A program made the translations under genes and the position numbers. From positions 262,202 to 326,201 of the forward strand of contig CADCNH010000001.1 in assembly GCA_902802755.1 (NCBI GenBank): a stretch of DNA of 64,000 bases. Direction: 5' to 3'. The DNA is from an uncultured Bacteroidota bacterium (lineage in GTDB: Bacteria; Bacteroidota; Bacteroidia; Bacteroidales; WCHB1-69). Positions 37,102 through 44,757 of the stretch are shown here, piece after piece. Numbering within the stretch: the first letter of the stretch is position 1; every line of letters starts with the position of its first letter. The notes beneath the pieces are model-generated. The model was given only the letters and a program-made list of their open reading frames with translations, made no database searches and had not been told where the DNA came from.

Positions 37102-37785
37102 ATGACTAATGAGCCACATGAAGGGTATGTGTATATCCTTACAAATCAGAGTTTCAAAGAAGATTGGGTGAAAATAGGAAAGAGCTCTCGTCCTGTAGAT
37201 GTGCGCTCTAAGGAATTGGATAATACAGCAGTCCCGCTTCCTTTTGAGATTTACGCCACAATGAAAACCTGCAAATATAACGAGGTTGAGAAATTGGTAC
37301 ATAAAACAATTGACCGACTCACAGATTTGCGAATCCGACAGAATCGGGAGTTTTTCAATGTTGCGCCACAAGTAGCATTAGATATTTTCAGAGATATAGC
37401 TATTACGATAGATGATGCGGAAGTGACATTGTATGAGAATAACCAACCGATAAAAGAGTCAAAATCAAAAAACAAAGAAGAATCGGTACTAAAGCTGCAT
37501 AGTAAACATAATCCTCGTCCAAGGTTCAAATTCAGTATGGTGGATATCCCAATTGGTTCTACGCTGATTTTTATTCCTACTGGATTGCAAGTGAAAGTTG
37601 CCAGTGATGATCAAGTGGAATATGAAGGACGCATTTATAAGCTTTCACCATTTGTGGGAACATTTATGCCCGAAGAAAAGCGTAATACTTCCGGCTCATA
37701 TCAAGGTGCAAAGTTTTTTACATACCATGGCCGAGTATTGGATGATTTGAGAACGGAGAAGGAAAAAGAAATTGGAGAGGAATAA
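37102..37785 (+). CDS. GIY-YIG-like T5orf172 (MUG113) domain protein with DUF4357-like C-terminal domain
   Basis: 227 aa with GYVYILTN...VKIGKS...RSKEL...PFEI...REFF. The C-terminal FKFSMVDIPIGSTLIF...VEYEGRIYKLSPF resembles DUF4357 (from memory). Confidence 0.7.
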   Translation: MTNEPHEGYVYILTNQSFKEDWVKIGKSSRPVDVRSKELDNTAVPLPFEIYATMKTCKYNEVEKLVHKTIDRLTDLRIRQNREFFNVAPQVALDIFRDIAITIDDAEVTLYENNQPIKESKSKNKEESVLKLHSKHNPRPRFKFSMVDIPIGSTLIFIPTGLQVKVASDDQVEYEGRIYKLSPFVGTFMPEEKRNTSGSYQGAKFFTYHGRVLDDLRTEKEKEIGEE

Positions 37786-37819
37786 GCAGGAATCTTTTCG
37801 ATAATGAATAAAACACGCT

Positions 37820-38818
37820 ATGGCAACAAACAAGAATGCACTGATTAGATACCAGGCTTTGGATAGATGTTTTAGCAATTATCGGAAGTGTTATTACATA
37901 GAAGATCTTATCGAGGCATGTAATAATGCCTTGTCCGAATATAACAGTAGCACATCGGGAGTTCAACGAAGACAGATTTTCGATGATATAAACTTTATGA
38001 AAGACCCTTTGGGTTATGATGCGCCTATTGAATCCATTAAAGACGGTAAGCGTGTTTATTACAGGTATTCTGATAAAGAATATACTATTAATAAACAGCC
38101 TTTAAACCCAGCTGAGGCTCAAGCATTAACAGATACTATTGCTATGTTGGGTAGGTTCAAAGGTTTGCCCAATTTTGAGTGGATGGAAGAAGTGACTGGA
38201 AAGTTGGAAACTGCTTTCAGTCTAAATGATTCTCCTGATAATATTGTTGGTTTTGATCAAAATATTGACTTAAAAGGTCTAAGATTCTTTGCTCCTTTGT
38301 TTGAATATATTGTTGCAAAGAAAACAATTCGAGTGAAATATACTCCCTTTAATAAGGATACCACAGAGATTGTTATTTCACCATATTATTTGAAGCAGTA
38401 CAATAATCGATGGTTTCTATTTGGGAAATGTCAAGGTTTCGATAATCTTACAAACATTGCGTTAGACAGAATAGACAACATTAAGGAGGGGAAAGAGCCT
38501 TTTGTTGAGAATACCACCTTTGACTTCAATGAGTATTTTGAAGATATTGTCGGGGTAACTCATCCTAAAGAAGGAAAAGAACAAAAAGTTGTTTTGAAAG
38601 TTGCAGATGATTTTTTAGGCTATTTTCTAACAAAACCCGTCCATGGTTCTCTAAAGAAACGGTCAACTAATATCTTTGAACTGAAACTTATCCCTAATTA
38701 CGAATTGGAAATATATTTGTTTAGTCATTCTGATAAAATAAAAGTACTCGAACCTGAATCTCTCAAAATTGCTATTCTCAACAGGATAGAAGAGGCTTTG
38801 GAATGTCAGGAAAAATAA
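37820..38818 (+). CDS. WYL-domain transcriptional regulator (BrxR/CapW-like)
   Basis: 332 aa. The N-terminal region looks wHTH-like. The central WYL core is ISPYYLKQYNNRWFLFGK, followed by a C-terminal WCX-like region. Confidence 0.8.
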   Translation: MATNKNALIRYQALDRCFSNYRKCYYIEDLIEACNNALSEYNSSTSGVQRRQIFDDINFMKDPLGYDAPIESIKDGKRVYYRYSDKEYTINKQPLNPAEAQALTDTIAMLGRFKGLPNFEWMEEVTGKLETAFSLNDSPDNIVGFDQNIDLKGLRFFAPLFEYIVAKKTIRVKYTPFNKDTTEIVISPYYLKQYNNRWFLFGKCQGFDNLTNIALDRIDNIKEGKEPFVENTTFDFNEYFEDIVGVTHPKEGKEQKVVLKVADDFLGYFLTKPVHGSLKKRSTNIFELKLIPNYELEIYLFSHSDKIKVLEPESLKIAILNRIEEALECQEK

Positions 38819-38825
38819 TTTTTAT

Positions 38826-38846
38826 CTGTGCATAATGACTGCACAG
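38826..38846. promoter_or_regulatory. perfect palindrome CTGTGCA-N7-TGCACAG (candidate operator or attenuator)
   Basis: Lies in the 80-nt gap between the WYL gene and the 1472-aa gene, just upstream of a weak TAttTTG-like box. Confidence 0.35.
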
Positions 38847-38898
38847 GTGTTTCGTTATTTTGCATCGTCAAATGATGTTGAATTTAATTTTTTGAGTC

Positions 38899-41800
38899 AT
38901 GAAAAATATTTCTTGGTCTGAAGATAAAGTTGTTTCAGTTATTAATGAGTTTAATGATGCTATTGAAAACTTGCGTGAAAAAACATCAGATTTCAAGCAT
39001 TTTGATTTTGTAAAGAGCTGTCTCTTATATATGAAACAGGCCAAGATGACGGATGCATGGGAAATCGAAGACAATATTATTGGATCTTCCATGTTGGATT
39101 ATTTCAATAAAATAACAAAATCGAAGAAAATCTCGATAAAAACAGATGATAGGCAAAAAACTGTTTTATTGCGGGATGAAATCCGCAATATATTTGATGC
39201 AACATTGGGCAAGATTCCACAAAATAAAATTAATATAGATTATTATAGGCGTCGATATATAATGAATCTGGCTATCTATTGTATCCTTAATTATGATAAT
39301 ATTGACATTTCCTCAAAACAAGATTTTTTAAAACTTGTGGATCTGTTAACTGAAACGAAAGATGCGGATAATAATTCAAAAAAAACATCTTCTCCTCATA
39401 AAATTTGGTATTTTAGTCAAGATTGTCATTTCTTTATAAAGGGGTTGGAATCCTTGATGGATTTTGTTTTCCTAAAAGAAGAAATATCATTGGAAAGTAA
39501 AATCACCTGTGAATTTAACAATCTTGAAGAAGCTTACCTGTTTTATCTTGCTTTTAGTGATGAAAAAGTAAATTTAACCTTGAAAAATTATACTGTTCTC
39601 ATAAATCAATCATCTGCTAGAGATTGTGAGAAGTTTGATGTTTATATCGACAACAATATTGATTATAGTCAAATTGATAATATAATGCGGAAACTAAAGC
39701 CTTCTGGTATTGTTGTTGCGGGATTGTCAAAGCCTATTATTAAAGGCGAGAATAATGATGTGAGAAAATTATTTGACAATCAAATGGTTAGATGTGTTAA
39801 GACTAATGGAGTTGATAGAGGTTGGTTAAAAATAAACATCAACGATAAAAAATATTATTCCGTAGATTTTTATTCATTGGAGGGTGAATATTATCGGTAT
39901 ATTATGTATGATGACATAGTTAAATTAAACTATTCTTTGGATATTGACAAATACCGTGTTCTCGAAAAAATTGATGAATTTATAGAAATTACAGATGCCC
40001 TTCCTATTGGTGAGCGACTCACCAGTGGAATACAATTTATTATTCCTTATTTCAAGAAAAATTACAAAGATTTGCTTGAAAGATGGTTGGATGGTATAAA
40101 TGATTGGGATGTCATTAAAGAGCAATGTAAGAATTATAAAGATTGTTCGGCAAGAATCCAAGTAATAGAAGCTTTCTTATATTTTCATGATTGTATTTGT
40201 GATGAGGAATATCTCAATGATGCCAAATATCAGCAGTTTCTTAATGCTATAAGAATTATTGACTCAATTGATAATGATACTTTCCAGAGATACTACCTTG
40301 ACATTATCGAACGGTTATGTAAGAACAATATCAGTGATTTTTACATGTCTCAATATCAATTTATTGAATCCCAATTAAAGGATGTCGAGAAGTCGAAAGT
40401 TGTCATTAGAAAGGATCAATTTGCTAAATTTCTTTATCCAGGAGAAATGTCTTCCAGACAAATAATATCAACAGGGGAATATGTTCTCGAATGGAGCAAT
40501 ATTCTTAATCCTCGGGCTTTAAAAGCTCAGAACATAGAAGTTGGAATGTTCGTTGATAATGATCAGCTAGAAAGTTCTATTTGTACTGCTACACAATATA
40601 TTATTTTCAATGCATATAATAATAAGTTTTATGAAATTGACCACAATGATGATTGGATGACGGATGTAATTATTGACATTCATAATGATATTCGTGGTAT
40701 AAGTTACCATTTTGATTCCTATGAAAACGATGATACTTCTATATTAGTGGAACTTAATCCAGGCGGAACATTAGTGAACTTTGTGATGAAAAAAGATTTG
40801 GAAGAATGTCAAGACATAATTGAATATTACATCACAAACAACCTCATTGAAAAAGTTATTAGCCTTAACAATCGCTATCTGCTTTTTATTTCGAAAGATA
40901 AGAAAGATGACAAAGTTATTTTAGCGAAGTTCAACCATATAGACGATGAAAGATGGATGGAATCCTATCCAGCAATGATAGAAGAGTTGGCTTTGCAAAA
41001 AGACACCCAACATGTGAGAATCTTGTCGAATGAGGATTTTGCAAAAAATAACTATTCACTTTCCACTGAACATTACTTTACAACTGAGGTGTCCACCGGT
41101 GTAGAGACCATTCTTCACTCCATAGTGTCACGACATCGTGGAAAATATGCCTTGATAGACATTCTTCTGAATGTGTTAGTGAGAATCGGCACACTATACC
41201 ATCAAGGGGATGAGGATTCCTTCATCAATTCTCTTGATGTAAAGAAGTTAAGTGAGGTGTATGACAGTTTGCAGGAATATGAAGAATATTTGATGGATCA
41301 TTACAGAGAATGTGTTGATGCCATTATCAATATCTTTGGTTCAGAAGATGCTTCGTACGAATTTTTTCAACCTGAGGTGGCGAAATTAATGGTGGCACTC
41401 CAAGGTTCCAACAAAATTCAGAAGTTGTATAATCCATTTGCTGGCCCAGCCACTTTCTCGTGTTTTTTGCCAGAGTCCATTTATTGTGGTAATGAAATCA
41501 ATAAGTCCATTCATACATTAGGTTTATTCAGGTTAGATGCCCACGGATTGGATCAGCAAGGATTTCATTGTGAGGACTCGGTAGATTTTGTACAATTACT
41601 TCCTAATAAGGAAAAGTATGATACGATTCTTTCTATTCCGCCTTTTATACCCAAAGAGGAGCAATCTCTGTATAGTTTTCTGTTTGATGAATGTATGTCA
41701 CATCTGAAGAAAACCGGCAAAATGACCATTGCTGTTCCTGCAGGTTTCACATTCAATAGCTCACCCAAAATGCAGGCTATTCGTCAAAAACTCGTTGAGA

Positions 41801-43317
41801 ACAATTGGGTAGAAAAAGTGATAGCTTTACCCAAAGGCAGTTTCCGAGGAACTAATGTGGGCACATGCTTGATTCAGTTTTCAAAGAAGTCTAATCGTGA
41901 AGTGCTATTCTGTGATGCGACTCAAATGGTTAAGCACAATAGAAATAAAGTAGAAATTCAAACTGACGATATTGTTGCTGCAGTCAAAAATATAGATACC
42001 GACTATTGTTATAGTATTTCTTATTCAGAGATTATCAACAACAACTATTCTATTAATCCCATCGTGTATAAACCATCCCCAACACAAGAAGGATTGACTA
42101 CATTCAAATTGGGTGACTTAATGACAAGTGTTCAACCTGAGAAATTTTCTGATGATACAGGATTGATTTTCTCTCCAGACTTGCTTTCATCTGATGTGGT
42201 GGATTACCATAGAACATTATCGGATTTAAAAATGGATTTTCTCAACGATTTGATGGTAAAAGTGCAGGGTGAGGCATTATTACTTTCGTCCATTCAAGGT
42301 TCCTTAAAGCCCACATACTTGGAGGTTAGTCCGGATGTTTGTTATTATGTTAATCGCAACATTCTGGCCTTCAAAGTAGATACAAATAAGGTATTGCCCG
42401 CTTATTTATGCTATGCATTAACTCAGCCAGAAGTATTACACCATATTGACTTTTTTAGAACTGGTGTTATTGCCAATATTATTTCTGATGATTTATTAAA
42501 CATCCATATCAATTTGCCAAAATTATCTGCACAAAGAAGCATGGTTTATGAAGTTTCTCGCCAGCGATATGCGGAGAAAAAACAGGAACTTGCCATGATG
42601 TATGGGACCGCTTATACGGAGAAAGAGGAAGAGTTTAAGTCCTTGAGGCATGCCATGCGTCCTTCTGTGACAGGTATTAGCTCCGCTGTAGATAATCTAT
42701 ACAACTATTTTGAAAAAACGGGGCAGTTATCCACAGTTGTCCATGGGCGCAGAGGATCAACTATTGCGGATAAACTTGCTGTGATTAAGAATGAAATTCA
42801 TCATATATCTGTTCTTATTAAACAAGGTGCCGATTTTTTGGATATTTCAAAATATCCATTGACTTCAGTAACTGTTGGAGACATCTGGAATCATGTGAAT
42901 TATGAGACAGAAAAATTTACTATCAGTAAATCAAAGTCTTTGGTTGATACCATAGCAGATTTTACTGTCAGGATGAATCTTGATTTGTTTAAGATGTTAA
43001 TTAATCTCATTATGTCAAACGCAGAGGTGCATGCTTTCTCAAATAATGATTCTGCAAATAATGTTCGAGTAGAAGCCACTTGTGATAACGAATCGCTTAC
43101 AATGTATATATCCAATAATGGAAAACCATTTCCCAAAGATGTGGATATCAAAAATTTCACCAAGAGATATTGGTCTGCAGGAGAACATGGGGGCAGTGGA
43201 GTAGGTGGAAATGATATTCTGAAAATCATGATGGCTTTTCAAGGCAAGTTTGAGCTTAAAACCGCTTACAAGGATTCATACCCAACATGCTATGTGTTAA
43301 AATTCCCTATTGAATAG
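38899..43317 (+). CDS. giant multidomain protein: 2 degenerate MTase-like modules + N6-adenine-MTase-like module + HsdS-type TRD + histidine-kinase transmitter (HisKA-like + HATPase_c)
   Basis: 1472 aa. Motif I LYNPFAGPATF (41431-41457). Motif IV-like SIPPF (41632-41646). TRD hallmarks FKLGDL, NRNILAFKV and INLPKLSAQRSMV. H-box SLRHAMRPSVTGI (His at 42649-42651). N box LIMSNAEVHAF. G boxes SNNGKPF and GGSGVGG. Confidence 0.75.
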   Translation: MKNISWSEDKVVSVINEFNDAIENLREKTSDFKHFDFVKSCLLYMKQAKMTDAWEIEDNIIGSSMLDYFNKITKSKKISIKTDDRQKTVLLRDEIRNIFDATLGKIPQNKINIDYYRRRYIMNLAIYCILNYDNIDISSKQDFLKLVDLLTETKDADNNSKKTSSPHKIWYFSQDCHFFIKGLESLMDFVFLKEEISLESKITCEFNNLEEAYLFYLAFSDEKVNLTLKNYTVLINQSSARDCEKFDVYIDNNIDYSQIDNIMRKLKPSGIVVAGLSKPIIKGENNDVRKLFDNQMVRCVKTNGVDRGWLKININDKKYYSVDFYSLEGEYYRYIMYDDIVKLNYSLDIDKYRVLEKIDEFIEITDALPIGERLTSGIQFIIPYFKKNYKDLLERWLDGINDWDVIKEQCKNYKDCSARIQVIEAFLYFHDCICDEEYLNDAKYQQFLNAIRIIDSIDNDTFQRYYLDIIERLCKNNISDFYMSQYQFIESQLKDVEKSKVVIRKDQFAKFLYPGEMSSRQIISTGEYVLEWSNILNPRALKAQNIEVGMFVDNDQLESSICTATQYIIFNAYNNKFYEIDHNDDWMTDVIIDIHNDIRGISYHFDSYENDDTSILVELNPGGTLVNFVMKKDLEECQDIIEYYITNNLIEKVISLNNRYLLFISKDKKDDKVILAKFNHIDDERWMESYPAMIEELALQKDTQHVRILSNEDFAKNNYSLSTEHYFTTEVSTGVETILHSIVSRHRGKYALIDILLNVLVRIGTLYHQGDEDSFINSLDVKKLSEVYDSLQEYEEYLMDHYRECVDAIINIFGSEDASYEFFQPEVAKLMVALQGSNKIQKLYNPFAGPATFSCFLPESIYCGNEINKSIHTLGLFRLDAHGLDQQGFHCEDSVDFVQLLPNKEKYDTILSIPPFIPKEEQSLYSFLFDECMSHLKKTGKMTIAVPAGFTFNSSPKMQAIRQKLVENNWVEKVIALPKGSFRGTNVGTCLIQFSKKSNREVLFCDATQMVKHNRNKVEIQTDDIVAAVKNIDTDYCYSISYSEIINNNYSINPIVYKPSPTQEGLTTFKLGDLMTSVQPEKFSDDTGLIFSPDLLSSDVVDYHRTLSDLKMDFLNDLMVKVQGEALLLSSIQGSLKPTYLEVSPDVCYYVNRNILAFKVDTNKVLPAYLCYALTQPEVLHHIDFFRTGVIANIISDDLLNIHINLPKLSAQRSMVYEVSRQRYAEKKQELAMMYGTAYTEKEEEFKSLRHAMRPSVTGISSAVDNLYNYFEKTGQLSTVVHGRRGSTIADKLAVIKNEIHHISVLIKQGADFLDISKYPLTSVTVGDIWNHVNYETEKFTISKSKSLVDTIADFTVRMNLDLFKMLINLIMSNAEVHAFSNNDSANNVRVEATCDNESLTMYISNNGKPFPKDVDIKNFTKRYWSAGEHGGSGVGGNDILKIMMAFQGKFELKTAYKDSYPTCYVLKFPIE

Positions 43318-43356
43318 CAATGGAGTAACAAAAGTTAGTAATATAAAACAGTTATT

Positions 43357-44532
43357 ATGTCATATAAAGTATTATGGGTGGACGATGAATATGACACCCC
43401 GGCTTTACAAGAAGTTGCTGATTTAGCCTATGATAGAGGCATTAATATGGAAACCGGATGCAAATCAGCGGAAGAAGCATTGGCTCACTTGGAACATCCA
43501 AATGATTTTGACGCAGTAATTTTAGATGCACGATTCTTCAAATCAAAAAATGATACTATTGAAAGTCTTGGGAGGATGAAAGGACTACGGGAAGTAACAA
43601 AACGAATAGAACAATTAAAATCAGGCGGTTGTTATTTGCCTACATTTATCTATTCAGGTCAACCTGAGATATACAAGACAGAAGATTATTCTGACAATTA
43701 TGGGGAATATCCGTTGTTTCCTAAAGATGACGAAGGCACATATAAACTTTTCGATGCTATCATTAAAACGGTAAATGAAAGGGTTGAAACACAAATAAAA
43801 CTGAAATATGCCCCACTCTTTGATGTATGTGTTCCACGATATATGTTCAATTCTAATCTGACAGAACGACTATTGAATTATGCGGGACAACTTGAGCATA
43901 ATGATACGAAAAAAGTTGAGTATCTGAATGATATGAGGAAGCTAATAGAAGAGTTTTTTGGAAAATGTGAAGACGTTAGGCTTTTACCTTCCGGTTTAAC
44001 ATCGTGGACTGACAAAAGTAAGTTTCTGTGTGAAATTAAGATGCAAAAATTTATTCCAGCGTATGTCCAAGAATCCATCCGATTCATCCTCCGATGCACC
44101 CAAGAAGGATCCCATTATAGTGTTGCAGATTCTGATATGCGTAATGGAGTATCTCCTTTTTTGTTTCGCTCTTTGTTCTTCTCACTTTCTAATGTATTAG
44201 TTTGGTGGAAACAGTTTATTGACAGTAATCCAGATAAAGAGGAAATCAGTAAAGTTGTTATGGAGGATGGTCAGAACCAACAAGAAGTAAAATATTCAAA
44301 AGTAGAATTAAAGGGAGAAAAGGTCAAAGAATTTCAACCACAATCTAATAGTTATTTGGTTGAAAAGGATGATGAGGGATATTACCACTGTGGACCATAT
44401 CTGATGTCTCAAAAACATGGGAGCATCGTTGTAGGCAAAAAAGTTGTTATTGTTGAAGAAGAGGACAACACAAATTCAAATAGTCAAATATATCCCAAAT
44501 TTGCAAAACAGGTAAAAGTGGTGGGTAAGTGA
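43357..44532 (+). CDS. receiver (REC) domain protein with uncharacterised effector-like C-terminal region
   Basis: 391 aa. VLWVDDE acidic pair, AVILDARF (D57, nt 43525-43527), FIYSGQ and LFPKD. Middle region has RCTQEGSH (44092-44115). The C-terminal ~75 aa has a cold-shock/OB-like pattern. Confidence 0.7.
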   Translation: MSYKVLWVDDEYDTPALQEVADLAYDRGINMETGCKSAEEALAHLEHPNDFDAVILDARFFKSKNDTIESLGRMKGLREVTKRIEQLKSGGCYLPTFIYSGQPEIYKTEDYSDNYGEYPLFPKDDEGTYKLFDAIIKTVNERVETQIKLKYAPLFDVCVPRYMFNSNLTERLLNYAGQLEHNDTKKVEYLNDMRKLIEEFFGKCEDVRLLPSGLTSWTDKSKFLCEIKMQKFIPAYVQESIRFILRCTQEGSHYSVADSDMRNGVSPFLFRSLFFSLSNVLVWWKQFIDSNPDKEEISKVVMEDGQNQQEVKYSKVELKGEKVKEFQPQSNSYLVEKDDEGYYHCGPYLMSQKHGSIVVGKKVVIVEEEDNTNSNSQIYPKFAKQVKVVGK

Positions 44533-44619
44533 GATTCTTGAAACAGGGTCTTTGCATTTAACTTAGCTCACACAGTACGAGAGGATTGTCACATTAAACA
44601 AGTTAAAAATCAAAAAATT

Positions 44620-44700
44620 ATGATTACTTTTATTGTGGTTTTAGTTTGGGGATTTTTCCTTTTCCTCGGAATTATTACTGGAAAAAACAAGGATTTATAA
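44620..44700 (+). CDS. possible 26-aa hydrophobic mini-protein (MITFIVVLVWGFFLFLGIITGKNKDL)
   Basis: ATG-to-TAA ORF below the ORF-track cutoff. It has a single predicted TM helix with a basic tail. No other support. Confidence 0.2.
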   Translation: MITFIVVLVWGFFLFLGIITGKNKDL

Positions 44701-44757
44701 AGTATAAGGAGGAGTATAGCGTCAACAATGTTACTATAACAAAACATCGAAAAAAAC

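Noticed and set aside
39378-39385. A8 homopolymer inside the giant ORF as a phase-variation switch
   Set aside because: Eight residues is short for efficient slippage. Similar A-runs are common throughout this AT-rich island, and there is no supporting evidence.
38899-43317. Ordinary Type I HsdM-HsdS fusion or Type IIG restriction-modification enzyme
   Set aside because: There is no HsdR, PD-(D/E)xK, Mrr or HNH nuclease region in the protein or in adjacent genes. The C-terminus is a histidine-kinase transmitter and the next gene is a receiver protein. Motif IV is non-canonical.
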